64,000 nucleotides of DNA from an uncultured Psychrobacter sp. (GTDB lineage: Bacteria > Pseudomonadota > Gammaproteobacteria > Pseudomonadales > Moraxellaceae), in contig NZ_CANMRN010000005.1 in assembly GCF_947500265.1 (NCBI RefSeq), forward strand, positions 159,307 through 223,306. Direction: 5' to 3'. Shown here one piece after another: positions 10,813-18,428 of the stretch (positions are counted from its first letter, which is position 1; each line of letters opens with the position of its first letter). Under the pieces are notes generated by a model that saw only the letters and a program-made list of their open reading frames with translations, had not been told where the DNA came from and made no database searches. Made by a program: the position numbers and the translations under genes.

Positions 10813-11225
10813 TAATCTGATTGCAATAAAGGTGAGATATTAGGATTAATAAAAAAGGCTTCACTTATAAATGAGATGTCTGTATCCAATGTCAAAAACG
10901 CTATAAAACGTCCAGAAAAAACAAAAATCGATACTCATTAATCCATGTTTGATGGTCGTTACTATGATGCATTTCTGCTAGCATGAGGGCTATAAACAAA
11001 AACAATCATAGTAGCAAATTCTACATATCCATTGATAAAGTTGACTTGCCAAATTTGCTATCAGTGTGCCATTGATGGTTATCGTTTACTAGTGTAGATG
11101 CCGATATTATAATAATCTTGCGACATTTAGTGTCGTTTTATACTATCATTCATATTTACAATGAAATAATCTCATTGCGGTTTTTAAATTGGCCTTTACA
11201 ACCTGTATCTAAATAATACTTTCTA

Positions 11226-11771
11226 TTGACGGGATTACTTAATATTATGCCATTGCGTCCCATTGATGCCATTTTTGTCCATCCAAAACAACGCTTATAC
11301 GTCGTGTATTATCGCGGTGAGTTGTGGCAACTGCCGCGTATGAAAATCGATGACAGATCATGGCAAAACAGACGACCCTATACGGATGATAGTAGCTCAC
11401 TTTATTTGAGCATCCATCAAGCTATCAGCGACCCTATCCTTGCGCAGAAACTGAGAACGCTAGATCTACCTGTAGCAGTACGTGGTAGCACGTTGCCACG
11501 TTTCGAAGCATGGTGGGAGGCACATGGGTTTAGATGGTTAAAAGACAGATTGTTAACCGGTGAATCGCCGTTAGCAGCGCATCAAACTACTACGCCTGCC
11601 AAAGTATTAAATGACCGATCTGATTCTCTAATAAATCGCCACACCAATGACCATACTGATGAAAGTGGTGAAGTTAATGAAGAACAAGTATCTACCCCTT
11701 CTGCAGATACGGATATCTTTGCAGACATGTTGGCTGAATTAACCGATGAAGTACTAGAACAAAAGCTTTAA
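11226..11771 (+). CDS. Hypothetical protein (acidic C-terminus)
   Basis: ORF-track entry that starts at TTG. An ATG at 11247 (MPLRPIDAIF...) is a more likely start. I recognise no motif. Confidence 0.4.
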   Translation: MTGLLNIMPLRPIDAIFVHPKQRLYVVYYRGELWQLPRMKIDDRSWQNRRPYTDDSSSLYLSIHQAISDPILAQKLRTLDLPVAVRGSTLPRFEAWWEAHGFRWLKDRLLTGESPLAAHQTTTPAKVLNDRSDSLINRHTNDHTDESGEVNEEQVSTPSADTDIFADMLAELTDEVLEQKL

Positions 11772-11837
11772 AAACTAGATACCACCCTGTGTATAAACTT
11801 TGCTATAAATCAACTAATAATAAAAGAGCAGTAATAT

Positions 11838-12647
11838 ATGAAAGACTACAAACTACTGCTGGCTGGGCTAATCTTGCTACTGCTCACAATCTTTATCGCG
11901 GTCTTCATTTGGTTGTGGACCAGCAATCGAAAAAACACAGACCCATTGCCAATCATGGCAAGTGAAAGTGAAGCAGACCCTAGTACGAAAGGTGATGAAT
12001 CAAGAGAGATTGCTGACAGTGTTTTATACATTCGAGCAGAGGAGAAGTTACAGATACCTTTGGACGATATCATTGTGAGCTTTGAATCTCGTTATCCGCA
12101 CGTGCAAGTGTTAGCGAGCTATGTACCCTCTAACGACCTTCTTACAGTACCAAGTGGTGGTTCTACCAAAGACAACCTCTCTGACTTCGTTTTTGATACA
12201 GATATGATTATTACCAATGACGATAGCCTATCTACAGAGCGGGTATCACTCCTACAGTCAGAATTGCAACAGGCGCAAGATAGAAATGGTCAAAGTCAAA
12301 AAAGCATTGATAGTGCTAGCATAAATGACGCTTCTGATAAAAATAGTAATAATAGTACTACGCATAATAAAGATAAAGAGATACACACTCTAAATCCCTT
12401 CAACTATGCTCTAAAAGATGAACAAGCGCTTGAGGGTGTCATCCTGACAGACGATACAACTGCTATTAGCTTCCGTAATTTTTTACTATCGAGCACAGGT
12501 CAAGATATACTAAAAAAATATGATTATGAGAACATTAGTGGTTACAAAAATAGTGTAAATGACTTATTTAAACCAACCTCACAGGCAAAAAATGCATCAG
12601 GTGATCATGCTGTAGATGTCACTGACGCGCTTAGCAATGGTGAGTAA
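11838..12647 (+). CDS. Hypothetical N-terminally membrane-anchored protein with a low-complexity Ser/Asn/Asp-rich middle
   Basis: 269-aa ORF with a hydrophobic N-terminal helix (LLLAGLILLLLTIFIAVFIWLW). The AAAAGAGCAG-type purine stretch lies a few nt before the ATG. No family was recognised. Confidence 0.5.
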   Translation: MKDYKLLLAGLILLLLTIFIAVFIWLWTSNRKNTDPLPIMASESEADPSTKGDESREIADSVLYIRAEEKLQIPLDDIIVSFESRYPHVQVLASYVPSNDLLTVPSGGSTKDNLSDFVFDTDMIITNDDSLSTERVSLLQSELQQAQDRNGQSQKSIDSASINDASDKNSNNSTTHNKDKEIHTLNPFNYALKDEQALEGVILTDDTTAISFRNFLLSSTGQDILKKYDYENISGYKNSVNDLFKPTSQAKNASGDHAVDVTDALSNGE

Positions 12648-12678
12648 GGATAAATTGTCTTTATTTATCTTTTGTTGA

Positions 12679-12707
12679 TTGCTTTTATGACTGCTTTTTT
12701 CTACAAT
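12679..12707 (+). promoter_or_regulatory. Candidate sigma70 promoter for tRNA-Arg
   Basis: TTGCTT (12679-12684), a 17-nt spacer and TACAAT (12702-12707), ending 13 nt before the tRNA 5' end. Confidence 0.35.
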
Positions 12708-12720
12708 GTCACTCCATAAT

Positions 12721-12796
12721 GCGCCTATAGCTCAACAGGATAGAGCAGTTGCCTCCTAAGCGATCGATCCGAGTTCGAGTCTTGGTGGGCGCACCA
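12721..12796 (+). tRNA. tRNA-Arg (anticodon CCT)
   Basis: Hand-folded cloverleaf. Acceptor stem GCGCCTA/TGGGCGC, D arm GCTC..GAGC, anticodon stem GTTGC/GCGAT with loop CTCCTAA (CCT), T arm CCGAG-TTCGAGT-CTTGG, and an encoded CCA. Confidence 0.9.
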
Positions 12797-12907
12797 ATTA
12801 TTGTATTCAGACATAACCTCGCATTACCCCAATCCGCTACAGCCCCCGAATTGACTTACATTACGTCTTCCTGCATCACTTGTCATTACCTAGCAGCACC
12901 ACTACAC

Positions 12908-12982
12908 TGTTGTTAAATATGTTGTTAAATATTCAACAAGAGCGTTATTTGTTGTTAAATTCTCTTAGGTTTTGTTGTTAAA
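12908..12982 (+). repeat. Four direct copies of TGTTGTTAAA between the tRNA and the integrase remnant (possible arm-type or regulator binding sites)
   Basis: Exact 10-mers at 12908, 12920, 12950 and 12973. A partial inverted copy (TTCAACAA) lies between copies 2 and 3. Confidence 0.6.
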
Positions 12983-13009
12983 ACCTCTCCACGCCTTTAA
13001 GGCCAAGTC

Positions 13010-13489
13010 ATGACAAAGAGAAAAGACTACCAATTGACGGATGCTGCCGTAAAATCTATTGCCAAACAATCATCACCTAATAAGATTACACGCCACGGTG
13101 ATGGCAATAAACTATATCTAATACAACATCCAAATAGCTCCCTATTTTGGCAAATGGCTTATGGATTAAGCATGACTCTTGGATTACCAGAAATTCATGT
13201 TGATTTAGCACAAAAAAGTATCTATGTTCCTACAGATCTAGACAATCAAGAGGAAAAGCAGTTTTTAACTGTAGGTACAACAACCGACGAAGCTGTTGCG
13301 ACATATAGATATATCAAAAGTTACTTTACTAACCTTTGTGATTTTGCTGGACGAGAAATGATTAATATAGGATATGAAGAACTAAAATATATAGATACTG
13401 GGGTAAAATTTAGAACAGTAAAAAAAGAAAAAACGATTGAAAGACTGCATCATGAAATTAAAAACAACATTACATTAAATGAATTGTAA
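13010..13489 (+). pseudogene. Remnant of a P4-type tyrosine integrase (only the N-terminal arm-binding/DUF4102-like part is recognisable)
   Basis: Residues LTDAAVKSIAKQSSPNKITRHGDGNKLYLIQHPNSSLFWQMAY match the DUF4102 pattern (LTD..v...kp....y.l.DggGLyL.v.p.GsK.W...Y). The remaining ~90 aa show no integrase catalytic motifs, and the ORF is 159 aa against about 400 expected. It lies directly next to a tRNA gene. Confidence 0.55.
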
Positions 13490-13536
13490 ATATTCTATAA
13501 TACTCTCTTATCTATTTTAAAACTTTCAAAATATGT

Positions 13537-13565
13537 AAAAAAGCCCCGCTAATGCGAGGCTTTTT
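13537..13565. terminator. Bidirectional rho-independent terminator between the integrase remnant and hicB
   Basis: AAAAAAGCCCCGC-TAAT-GCGAGGCTTTTT. The GC-rich stem has A-runs and T-runs on both sides, and it lies between convergent genes. Confidence 0.55.
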
Positions 13566-13580
13566 ATTGAATAGCTAATA

Positions 13581-13991
13581 TCAATGTGCAAAAAAATTCT
13601 TTTCTGCCAATAATGCAATAAAATTACTTCTACTCTTATAACGTTCTTTATTGCTTGCAACTTTCTCATCAATCATATGAATCAGACGACTTGGTAAAGT
13701 TACATTGATTTTTTCAGTTTTTCCGAGATAACGATTTACATCGACTGGCGCTAAAGCCCAAGTTACACCTTCGTACTCTGGATTATCCATATAAGCACCA
13801 ATATCAGAAGGAAGTGGGATTTGTTCTCCGTCTTCTACCAAGCCTTCTAAATGCAGCTCGATAGCTTCAATCGCCATATCAACAGCATCTTGATAGTTAT
13901 CAGCAGCAGAAAAGCATCCTGGTAAATCAGGTACACGGATACCATGCGCTGTATGACTATCTCCTCTCTCGATTGCGATAGGATAAAACAT
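13581..13991 (-). CDS. hicB: HicB-family antitoxin with a C-terminal ribbon-helix-helix domain
   Basis: N-terminus MFYPIAIERGDSHTAHGIRVPDLPGCFSAADNYQDAVDMAIEAIELHLEG is the typical HicB fold signature. The C-terminus INVTLPSRLIHMIDEKV...RSNFIA is CopG/RHH-like. The SD AAGGAG precedes the ATG. Confidence 0.85.
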   Translation of the reverse strand: MFYPIAIERGDSHTAHGIRVPDLPGCFSAADNYQDAVDMAIEAIELHLEGLVEDGEQIPLPSDIGAYMDNPEYEGVTWALAPVDVNRYLGKTEKINVTLPSRLIHMIDEKVASNKERYKSRSNFIALLAEKNFFAH

Positions 13992-14087
13992 GGCTAGACT
14001 CCTTTATATAGGTTTTATTAATTCAACGGTATAGATTATTTCAAAACAGATTTTTTATTAGTATTTACAAGTTAGCTGTAGACAAAC

Positions 14088-14115
14088 GTTAGCTTCGTTT
14101 GCAAACAAAGCTAAC
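14088..14115. promoter_or_regulatory. 28-bp near-perfect palindrome in the hicA-hicB spacer
   Basis: GTTAGCTTCGTTTGC/GCAAACAAAGCTAAC, with one mismatch per arm pair. It sits in an unusually long 143-nt gap between the hicA stop (14135) and the hicB start (13991). Confidence 0.35.
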
Positions 14116-14134
14116 TATTGCTAAAGCCACTGGA

Positions 14135-14317
14135 TCATTTCAATCCAGCTTGTTTGAAAATACTATTAACAGTACCTTTCGGTAGGTCTTTTTTAGGGTG
14201 TGGGACAGTAACCCTGCCCTTTTTAGTTTTATGCTTGTACTGAAAATGACTACCCTTAGTGGCGACCCAATACCATCCATCTGCTATGAGCATATCTATA
14301 AGCTCGGATGACTTAAT
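14135..14317 (-). CDS. hicA: HicA-family mRNA interferase toxin, 60 codons, ATT in the initiator position
   Basis: Not in the ORF track. Hand translation of the minus strand gives (I)KSSELIDMLIADGWYWVATKGSHFQYKHKTKKGRVTVPHPKKDLPKGTVNSIFKQAGLK*, which is the canonical HicA pattern (MKSSELI..L...GW....kGSH......g...tvPhp.kdl..gt...I.kqaGl). An in-frame TAG lies three codons upstream. AGGAGG lies 5 nt before ATT (14317..14315). Confidence 0.75.
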   Translation of the reverse strand: MKSSELIDMLIADGWYWVATKGSHFQYKHKTKKGRVTVPHPKKDLPKGTVNSIFKQAGLK

Positions 14318-14347
14318 AAAAACCTCCTATAATCAAAATTCATTTCT

Positions 14348-14408
14348 ATTATAATAACCATAACCCTAGGGTTATAAATTATTAAGTACAATATAACCCT
14401 AGGGTTAT
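14348..14408 (-). promoter_or_regulatory. Putative hicAB promoter with two identical 16-bp palindromic operators
   Basis: ATAACCCTAGGGTTAT occurs at 14360-14375 and 14393-14408, centre-to-centre 33 bp. A minus-strand TATAAT lies at 14353..14348, immediately downstream of the proximal palindrome. The SD and start follow about 25 nt later. Confidence 0.5.
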
Positions 14409-14995
14409 GATATGTCAAATTTATTCTTAAATATTTCAAAAAGGGGAAAATCAGCTACTGCGATAACCTCGCCAGCCACCGCAACCTTGACGTCCATATT
14501 CTGAGTTGATGGTAGGTTAACCGCAATCTCTGGCACAACCTGCCACGGCACAAGCCGTGATAATGTAGGAGCAAGCTCTGACAGCTCGCAGAGATTTACC
14601 ACTGTATCAAGTTTAATACGAATACGATTGGTCAAAAACCTATCTGTACGCACGGTATCGGTCAGATATGAGGGATATTTGTGCGCTAAGGATTTAGAGT
14701 ACCAAAGCCTCATAATTTCATTTTGTTTGGGGTATAGCGTATCAAGAACAAACTGCAAAAATCCCAGCCTACGCTCACTTGCCAGCGCTTGCCAATTGGC
14801 ATAGATAATCCGCATCAGTGTATCAGATAGCCCGAGCCCGTCATCATCAAGCCTGAATACCACCAGACCGTTTAGCTTAGTAAAGCACTCTACGACCGAC
14901 TGACGACCCTGGCACGGCACGCTATAGTTAAATATAGTTGAAAATACCATTGAGCGCATTAAGAGAATAATCATCAACCATTTGTGCAAATACAT
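14405..14995 (-). CDS. Hypothetical protein, probably the 3' part of a frameshifted gene
   Basis: 196-aa ORF with no recognisable family. Upstream (14996-15105, minus strand) two further short reading-frame pieces (MTDIVGGYAASQLTDQ*, SDYIGSIVKSHKVGELDQVIVDVFAQMVDDYSLNALNGIFNYI*) look like a continuation in other frames. This suggests decay. Confidence 0.35.
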   Translation of the reverse strand: MYLHKWLMIILLMRSMVFSTIFNYSVPCQGRQSVVECFTKLNGLVVFRLDDDGLGLSDTLMRIIYANWQALASERRLGFLQFVLDTLYPKQNEIMRLWYSKSLAHKYPSYLTDTVRTDRFLTNRIRIKLDTVVNLCELSELAPTLSRLVPWQVVPEIAVNLPSTQNMDVKVAVAGEVIAVADFPLFEIFKNKFDIS

Positions 14996-15267
14996 CCACG
15001 ATCACTTGATCAAGCTCGCCCACTTTGTGGCTTTTTACAATCGAACCAATATAATCACTGGTCGGTAAGCTGGCTCGCTGCATATCCACCCACTATATCG
15101 GTCATACTGAATTGCCGCTATCAGTGGTTTGCGTTACCCTGACAATGATTGTATCTTCAGGAAGACAGGCCCACTGACGTGGGACCTATGCCGTCAAATC
15201 CGTACACATCAACTTGGGAGATAGTAGTATTACATGTGGAATGAAACTATCAGATCAAATTTTAGAA

Positions 15268-15948
15268 TTAGTTTCTATTGCTAAATTGAGATTCGAGTGG
15301 CTTAATATCATAGCCAAAATATTCCTCTATAACGTCTTGCAGGTTATTCATACTGATGTTCAGCTCCTCCTCGTAGCCACTATTGCTGTAAATTTCTAAT
15401 TGGGTATCGCGAATAAATAAAAAGCGTTTACCAACAACCATCGAGAAACGTAACTGGCTACTAAATGGATAGATAATATCGGCAGAAAAGCGGTTTTCAA
15501 TACTGTGATAGATTTCGGTTTCAGACTTTGCGGCAATATCAATTTCCATTTGTTTTTTTTCTACATTACGTTTTCGGTGGTAGACTGTGATCACATCGTT
15601 TTCTATCGTAGTCCTAAAGCGCATACCGTAACACTCATATAAAATGGGGGTTGCGGCTGGGATAAGTTGAATGGATGGCCACCCATTGCCAATATCTGCA
15701 AAGTAGCGCTGGTTGTTTATTTCCAGTCTTACTAGTCGGTGGATATCTTGTCCACCAATGCGAGCAGAGTGCAAGTATGCATCTAACCCAACTGCTTTGG
15801 TTGCATCTAAGTAGCTTAGAGCTTTGTCTGAACAGGTACCGCCATATGCCATCGTTGCAGGGTGTACGTTGTTGAGTAGGTATAAGTTATGAAATGGCTC
15901 TTGCTTAAATTTAGCAAGTAGTATTTGTTGAGCTAAATGCACTGTCAT
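15268..15948 (-). CDS. Arylamine N-acetyltransferase (NAT)-fold acyltransferase-like protein
   Basis: 226 aa. The NAT-like landmarks appear in the right order: FHNLYLL (cf. FENL), YGGTCSDKA (cf. GGYCFELN catalytic Cys), HRLVRLEI (His) and FADIGNGW (cf. DVGFG Asp). The start overlaps the upstream stop (ATGA). Confidence 0.55.
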   Translation of the reverse strand: MTVHLAQQILLAKFKQEPFHNLYLLNNVHPATMAYGGTCSDKALSYLDATKAVGLDAYLHSARIGGQDIHRLVRLEINNQRYFADIGNGWPSIQLIPAATPILYECYGMRFRTTIENDVITVYHRKRNVEKKQMEIDIAAKSETEIYHSIENRFSADIIYPFSSQLRFSMVVGKRFLFIRDTQLEIYSNSGYEEELNISMNNLQDVIEEYFGYDIKPLESQFSNRN

Positions 15949-17381
15949 CTGTGAGATGCTCCTCGTTTAGCAATAGCAGAATCAAATGTTGGATAGCTAA
16001 AAAAGTAAGGATCGTCTACATCGTATGTGAATGTGCCTTGCCATATTTCCTTAAGTTCTGCTATTTCTGTATTACCGTTACGGGTTAAATAGTCCACTAC
16101 CAACTTTCGGATGCCACTACCAACATCAAAAGAGGTCTTTTTTCGGTTTGCGATCTCGTCAGGCAATAAGTGCCTAAAGGCGTCTCTAAGTGCTATCTTG
16201 TTATGACCTGGAATATAGAACTGCCTATGCTCAAGATTATCAGCAACCCTCTTTACTGTCCGATCTAAAAATGGGCAACGAGCTTCAATACTATGTGCCA
16301 TGCTGCACTTATCAAGCCTACGAAGTTCCGTAAAGTGCATATCGGTTATCAGCTTGGTACGAGTAATTTGCCACTCTTGTTCGGATAGTTGCTCATGGTA
16401 ACCAGCAAATAGCTCATCTGCCCCCTCTCCGGTTAGTACTACCTTTAAGCCTTTCATGTAGGCTGCTTGAGCTAATAAATAAGTCGCAAGGCCATTGCTA
16501 ATGATCGATGGATTGTAACTTTCAGTTGCGTAAAGTACTTTATCAATCAATCCGGGTAACTTTTGCTTACTTGGTAATGGGATGTAGATAACTTGCTTTA
16601 ATCTTAGGTGTTTAACAAGCATTTCAACCATAGCAACATCAATACTATTGGAATCTCCCAGAGTAAAATAAGTTACATCTTGGCGATGCTGGCAAGTTAT
16701 AGCCGCAATAATCGAGCTATCTAGACCTCCGCTCAGAAAAACACCGAAGGGCTGTTTAGGTAAGCGTTTAATGACTGCTTGTTCTATTGCTGAAAGCAGA
16801 TTGGGTGTTGTATTAGTTAACTGTTGGTGGCGTGCTATTTGGGTAAGCATGCCCGTGTTCAGGTCAAGCTGACTAATACCAAGGGGCACTTGCTCGAACC
16901 AGTCAATATTTTGTAGGGCTTTAAGTTCACTGACAACAAATAGGTTGTTATTGGCTTGACCATAAAACAGTGGCTTTTTACCCATATGGTCGCGAAACAA
17001 TAGAATCGAATTTGTCTCCAGCTGATAAATAACCCCTGAATAAAATCCGTCTAACTCGCTTAGTACCTGCTCACCCAGTTGAGCAAATAGTGGTGCGATT
17101 ACATGTGTATCACAGTCGCTGTTACGGAAGATATCATATTGTTTTGCAAGTAAATCTGCATTGTAAATCTCGCCATTAAAAGCTCCTATCATACAGCTGG
17201 ATTTGTAAGGTTGGCGTCCTGTAATGCTTTCATCATTAATTGCCAAACGTGCAAACCCAATAGCTAATTTCCCCTTGATCCAATAGTGTTGGTAATCAGG
17301 ACCTCGATGAGCAAGGCGAGTTAAAGTAGCTGATATATTCTGTTCGGCGTTATCACCGTGAAGCACGACTATTCCGCACAT
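15945..17381 (-). CDS. Asparagine synthetase B-type glutamine amidotransferase/adenylating enzyme
   Basis: 478 aa. It has the N-terminal Ntn nucleophile MCGIV, HRGPD, NGEIYN, the PP-loop FLSGGLDSS and the C-terminal AsnB-like region. It overlaps the upstream gene by 13 nt. Confidence 0.85.
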   Translation of the reverse strand: MCGIVVLHGDNAEQNISATLTRLAHRGPDYQHYWIKGKLAIGFARLAINDESITGRQPYKSSCMIGAFNGEIYNADLLAKQYDIFRNSDCDTHVIAPLFAQLGEQVLSELDGFYSGVIYQLETNSILLFRDHMGKKPLFYGQANNNLFVVSELKALQNIDWFEQVPLGISQLDLNTGMLTQIARHQQLTNTTPNLLSAIEQAVIKRLPKQPFGVFLSGGLDSSIIAAITCQHRQDVTYFTLGDSNSIDVAMVEMLVKHLRLKQVIYIPLPSKQKLPGLIDKVLYATESYNPSIISNGLATYLLAQAAYMKGLKVVLTGEGADELFAGYHEQLSEQEWQITRTKLITDMHFTELRRLDKCSMAHSIEARCPFLDRTVKRVADNLEHRQFYIPGHNKIALRDAFRHLLPDEIANRKKTSFDVGSGIRKLVVDYLTRNGNTEIAELKEIWQGTFTYDVDDPYFFSYPTFDSAIAKRGASHR

Positions 17382-18427
17382 AGTTGCGATTCTTTGTTGA
17401 ACTGTAGCTGATTACGCAATTGCATTAACAGTTCACCTAACCGATTCAAGCCACTACCATCTTCTGCATCGCCCCAATAGCTGTCATTAAGTGTATGTTC
17501 GGCTATGTGATATTGCTGAGTTGATAATAATAACGCTTCAAGTTCAGGGTTCTGAGTAAATTTGGCTGTAAGTGCTTGCAGCATTATATCTTCCTTCATG
17601 TTATGCCAGTTAGGTTGTAGGTGTTGTGACTCTAACTGCTTAGCCATTTGTTTGGCTAACATAGGACTTACTGCACAGCGTATGCGCTCTTGCAATGTAT
17701 GATCTTTAAATTTTTGTGCTTGGTAAAAGTGCTCTGTTGTCGGCCAAATTTTATTATGCAGATAAATGGCATGTTTTGAGAAGTTAGAAAACTCTCCCCA
17801 GGTTTGGTCTGAATGGTAAAATAAAATAGAGTTAATATTGTCATACTCTAAACTTAAAGGCAGGCAGTGCCCTAATTTTTCGTTTTTACTTTTCAAGTAA
17901 TCTATATTTTCAGGCCGTATTTGTGGGTGTGTATTAAGTAGTTCTACTTCGATTCCTGCTTGTTCTAGTGCGCGTCGCTTACGTGGGTTATTTGATACCA
18001 AGCGCACTTGTTTTATTGCCATTTCTTTTAGCACATTTATAGCTGGTGCATAGTCGCGAACATCTTGTTCTAAACCCAGTGCCTCAAATGACTCTGCTGC
18101 ATCTAAAGCTTCACTCTGCATTTTGTATACTGCTTGAATCTTATTAGAAAGGCCCTGTCCACGGCCTTCTTGATGTAAGTGGAAAATGATCCCACTTCCA
18201 TTGTGTGCCATTATTTTCATGGATTCGCGCAATTGGTCGGCACAGTCACAGTCCCTTGCTTCAAATACTTCAGAGGCTAGGCAAGAAGAATGTAATCGCA
18301 GTATTGGTTTACTCTCTAGTTTATTGATATCACCAAAGGTGACTACTCGTAACATTTCGTTGCCGGTATCGTACATTCTAAATGTGCCGTGTGGTGTTGG
18401 GAGTTCGCAGTAATTTTTAAAAGGCAT
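17369..18427 (-). CDS. GTP cyclohydrolase II (RibA) fused to a NADAR/YbiA-type N-glycosidase domain
   Basis: The N-terminal half RLHSSCLASEVFEARDCDCADQLRESM...HLHQEGRGQGLSNKIQAY aligns by eye to E. coli RibA (RVHSECLTGD..CDCGFQLE...RQEGRNIGLLNKIRAY). The C-terminal half FYH..WGEFSNFS...WPTTEHFYQAQKF...SPMLAKQM...NW...AKFTQNPELEALLLST...EHTLNDSYWGD..GSGLNRLGELLMQLR aligns to E. coli YbiA almost motif for motif. Confidence 0.8.
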   Translation of the reverse strand: MPFKNYCELPTPHGTFRMYDTGNEMLRVVTFGDINKLESKPILRLHSSCLASEVFEARDCDCADQLRESMKIMAHNGSGIIFHLHQEGRGQGLSNKIQAVYKMQSEALDAAESFEALGLEQDVRDYAPAINVLKEMAIKQVRLVSNNPRKRRALEQAGIEVELLNTHPQIRPENIDYLKSKNEKLGHCLPLSLEYDNINSILFYHSDQTWGEFSNFSKHAIYLHNKIWPTTEHFYQAQKFKDHTLQERIRCAVSPMLAKQMAKQLESQHLQPNWHNMKEDIMLQALTAKFTQNPELEALLLSTQQYHIAEHTLNDSYWGDAEDGSGLNRLGELLMQLRNQLQFNKESQLCAE

Positions 18428-18428
18428 T

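Noticed and set aside
8046-10895. Plus-strand ORFs inside recC (8046..8231, 8637..8908, 9374..9619, 10026..10625) and minus-strand ORF 10671..10895
   Set aside because: They are shadows of recC or overlap its start. Their composition is low-complexity and no motifs are present.
11838-12647. 269-aa protein considered as a ModA-like periplasmic binding protein
   Set aside because: Only a short segment (IIVSFESRYPHVQVLASYVPS) resembles such proteins. The rest is low-complexity, so the evidence is insufficient.
14405-15105. Frameshifted ORF considered as a prophage tail/baseplate gene (DUF2612- or P2 gpI-like)
   Set aside because: I could only see vague pattern resemblance and no solid motif. 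No other phage structural genes are nearby. It is left as hypothetical or decayed.
17369-18427. Interpreting the RibA-containing gene as ordinary riboflavin biosynthesis
   Set aside because: No ribD, ribE, ribH or ribB is present in the operon or nearby. The gene is fused to an N-glycosidase domain and sits in an AT-rich tRNA island with unrelated partners.
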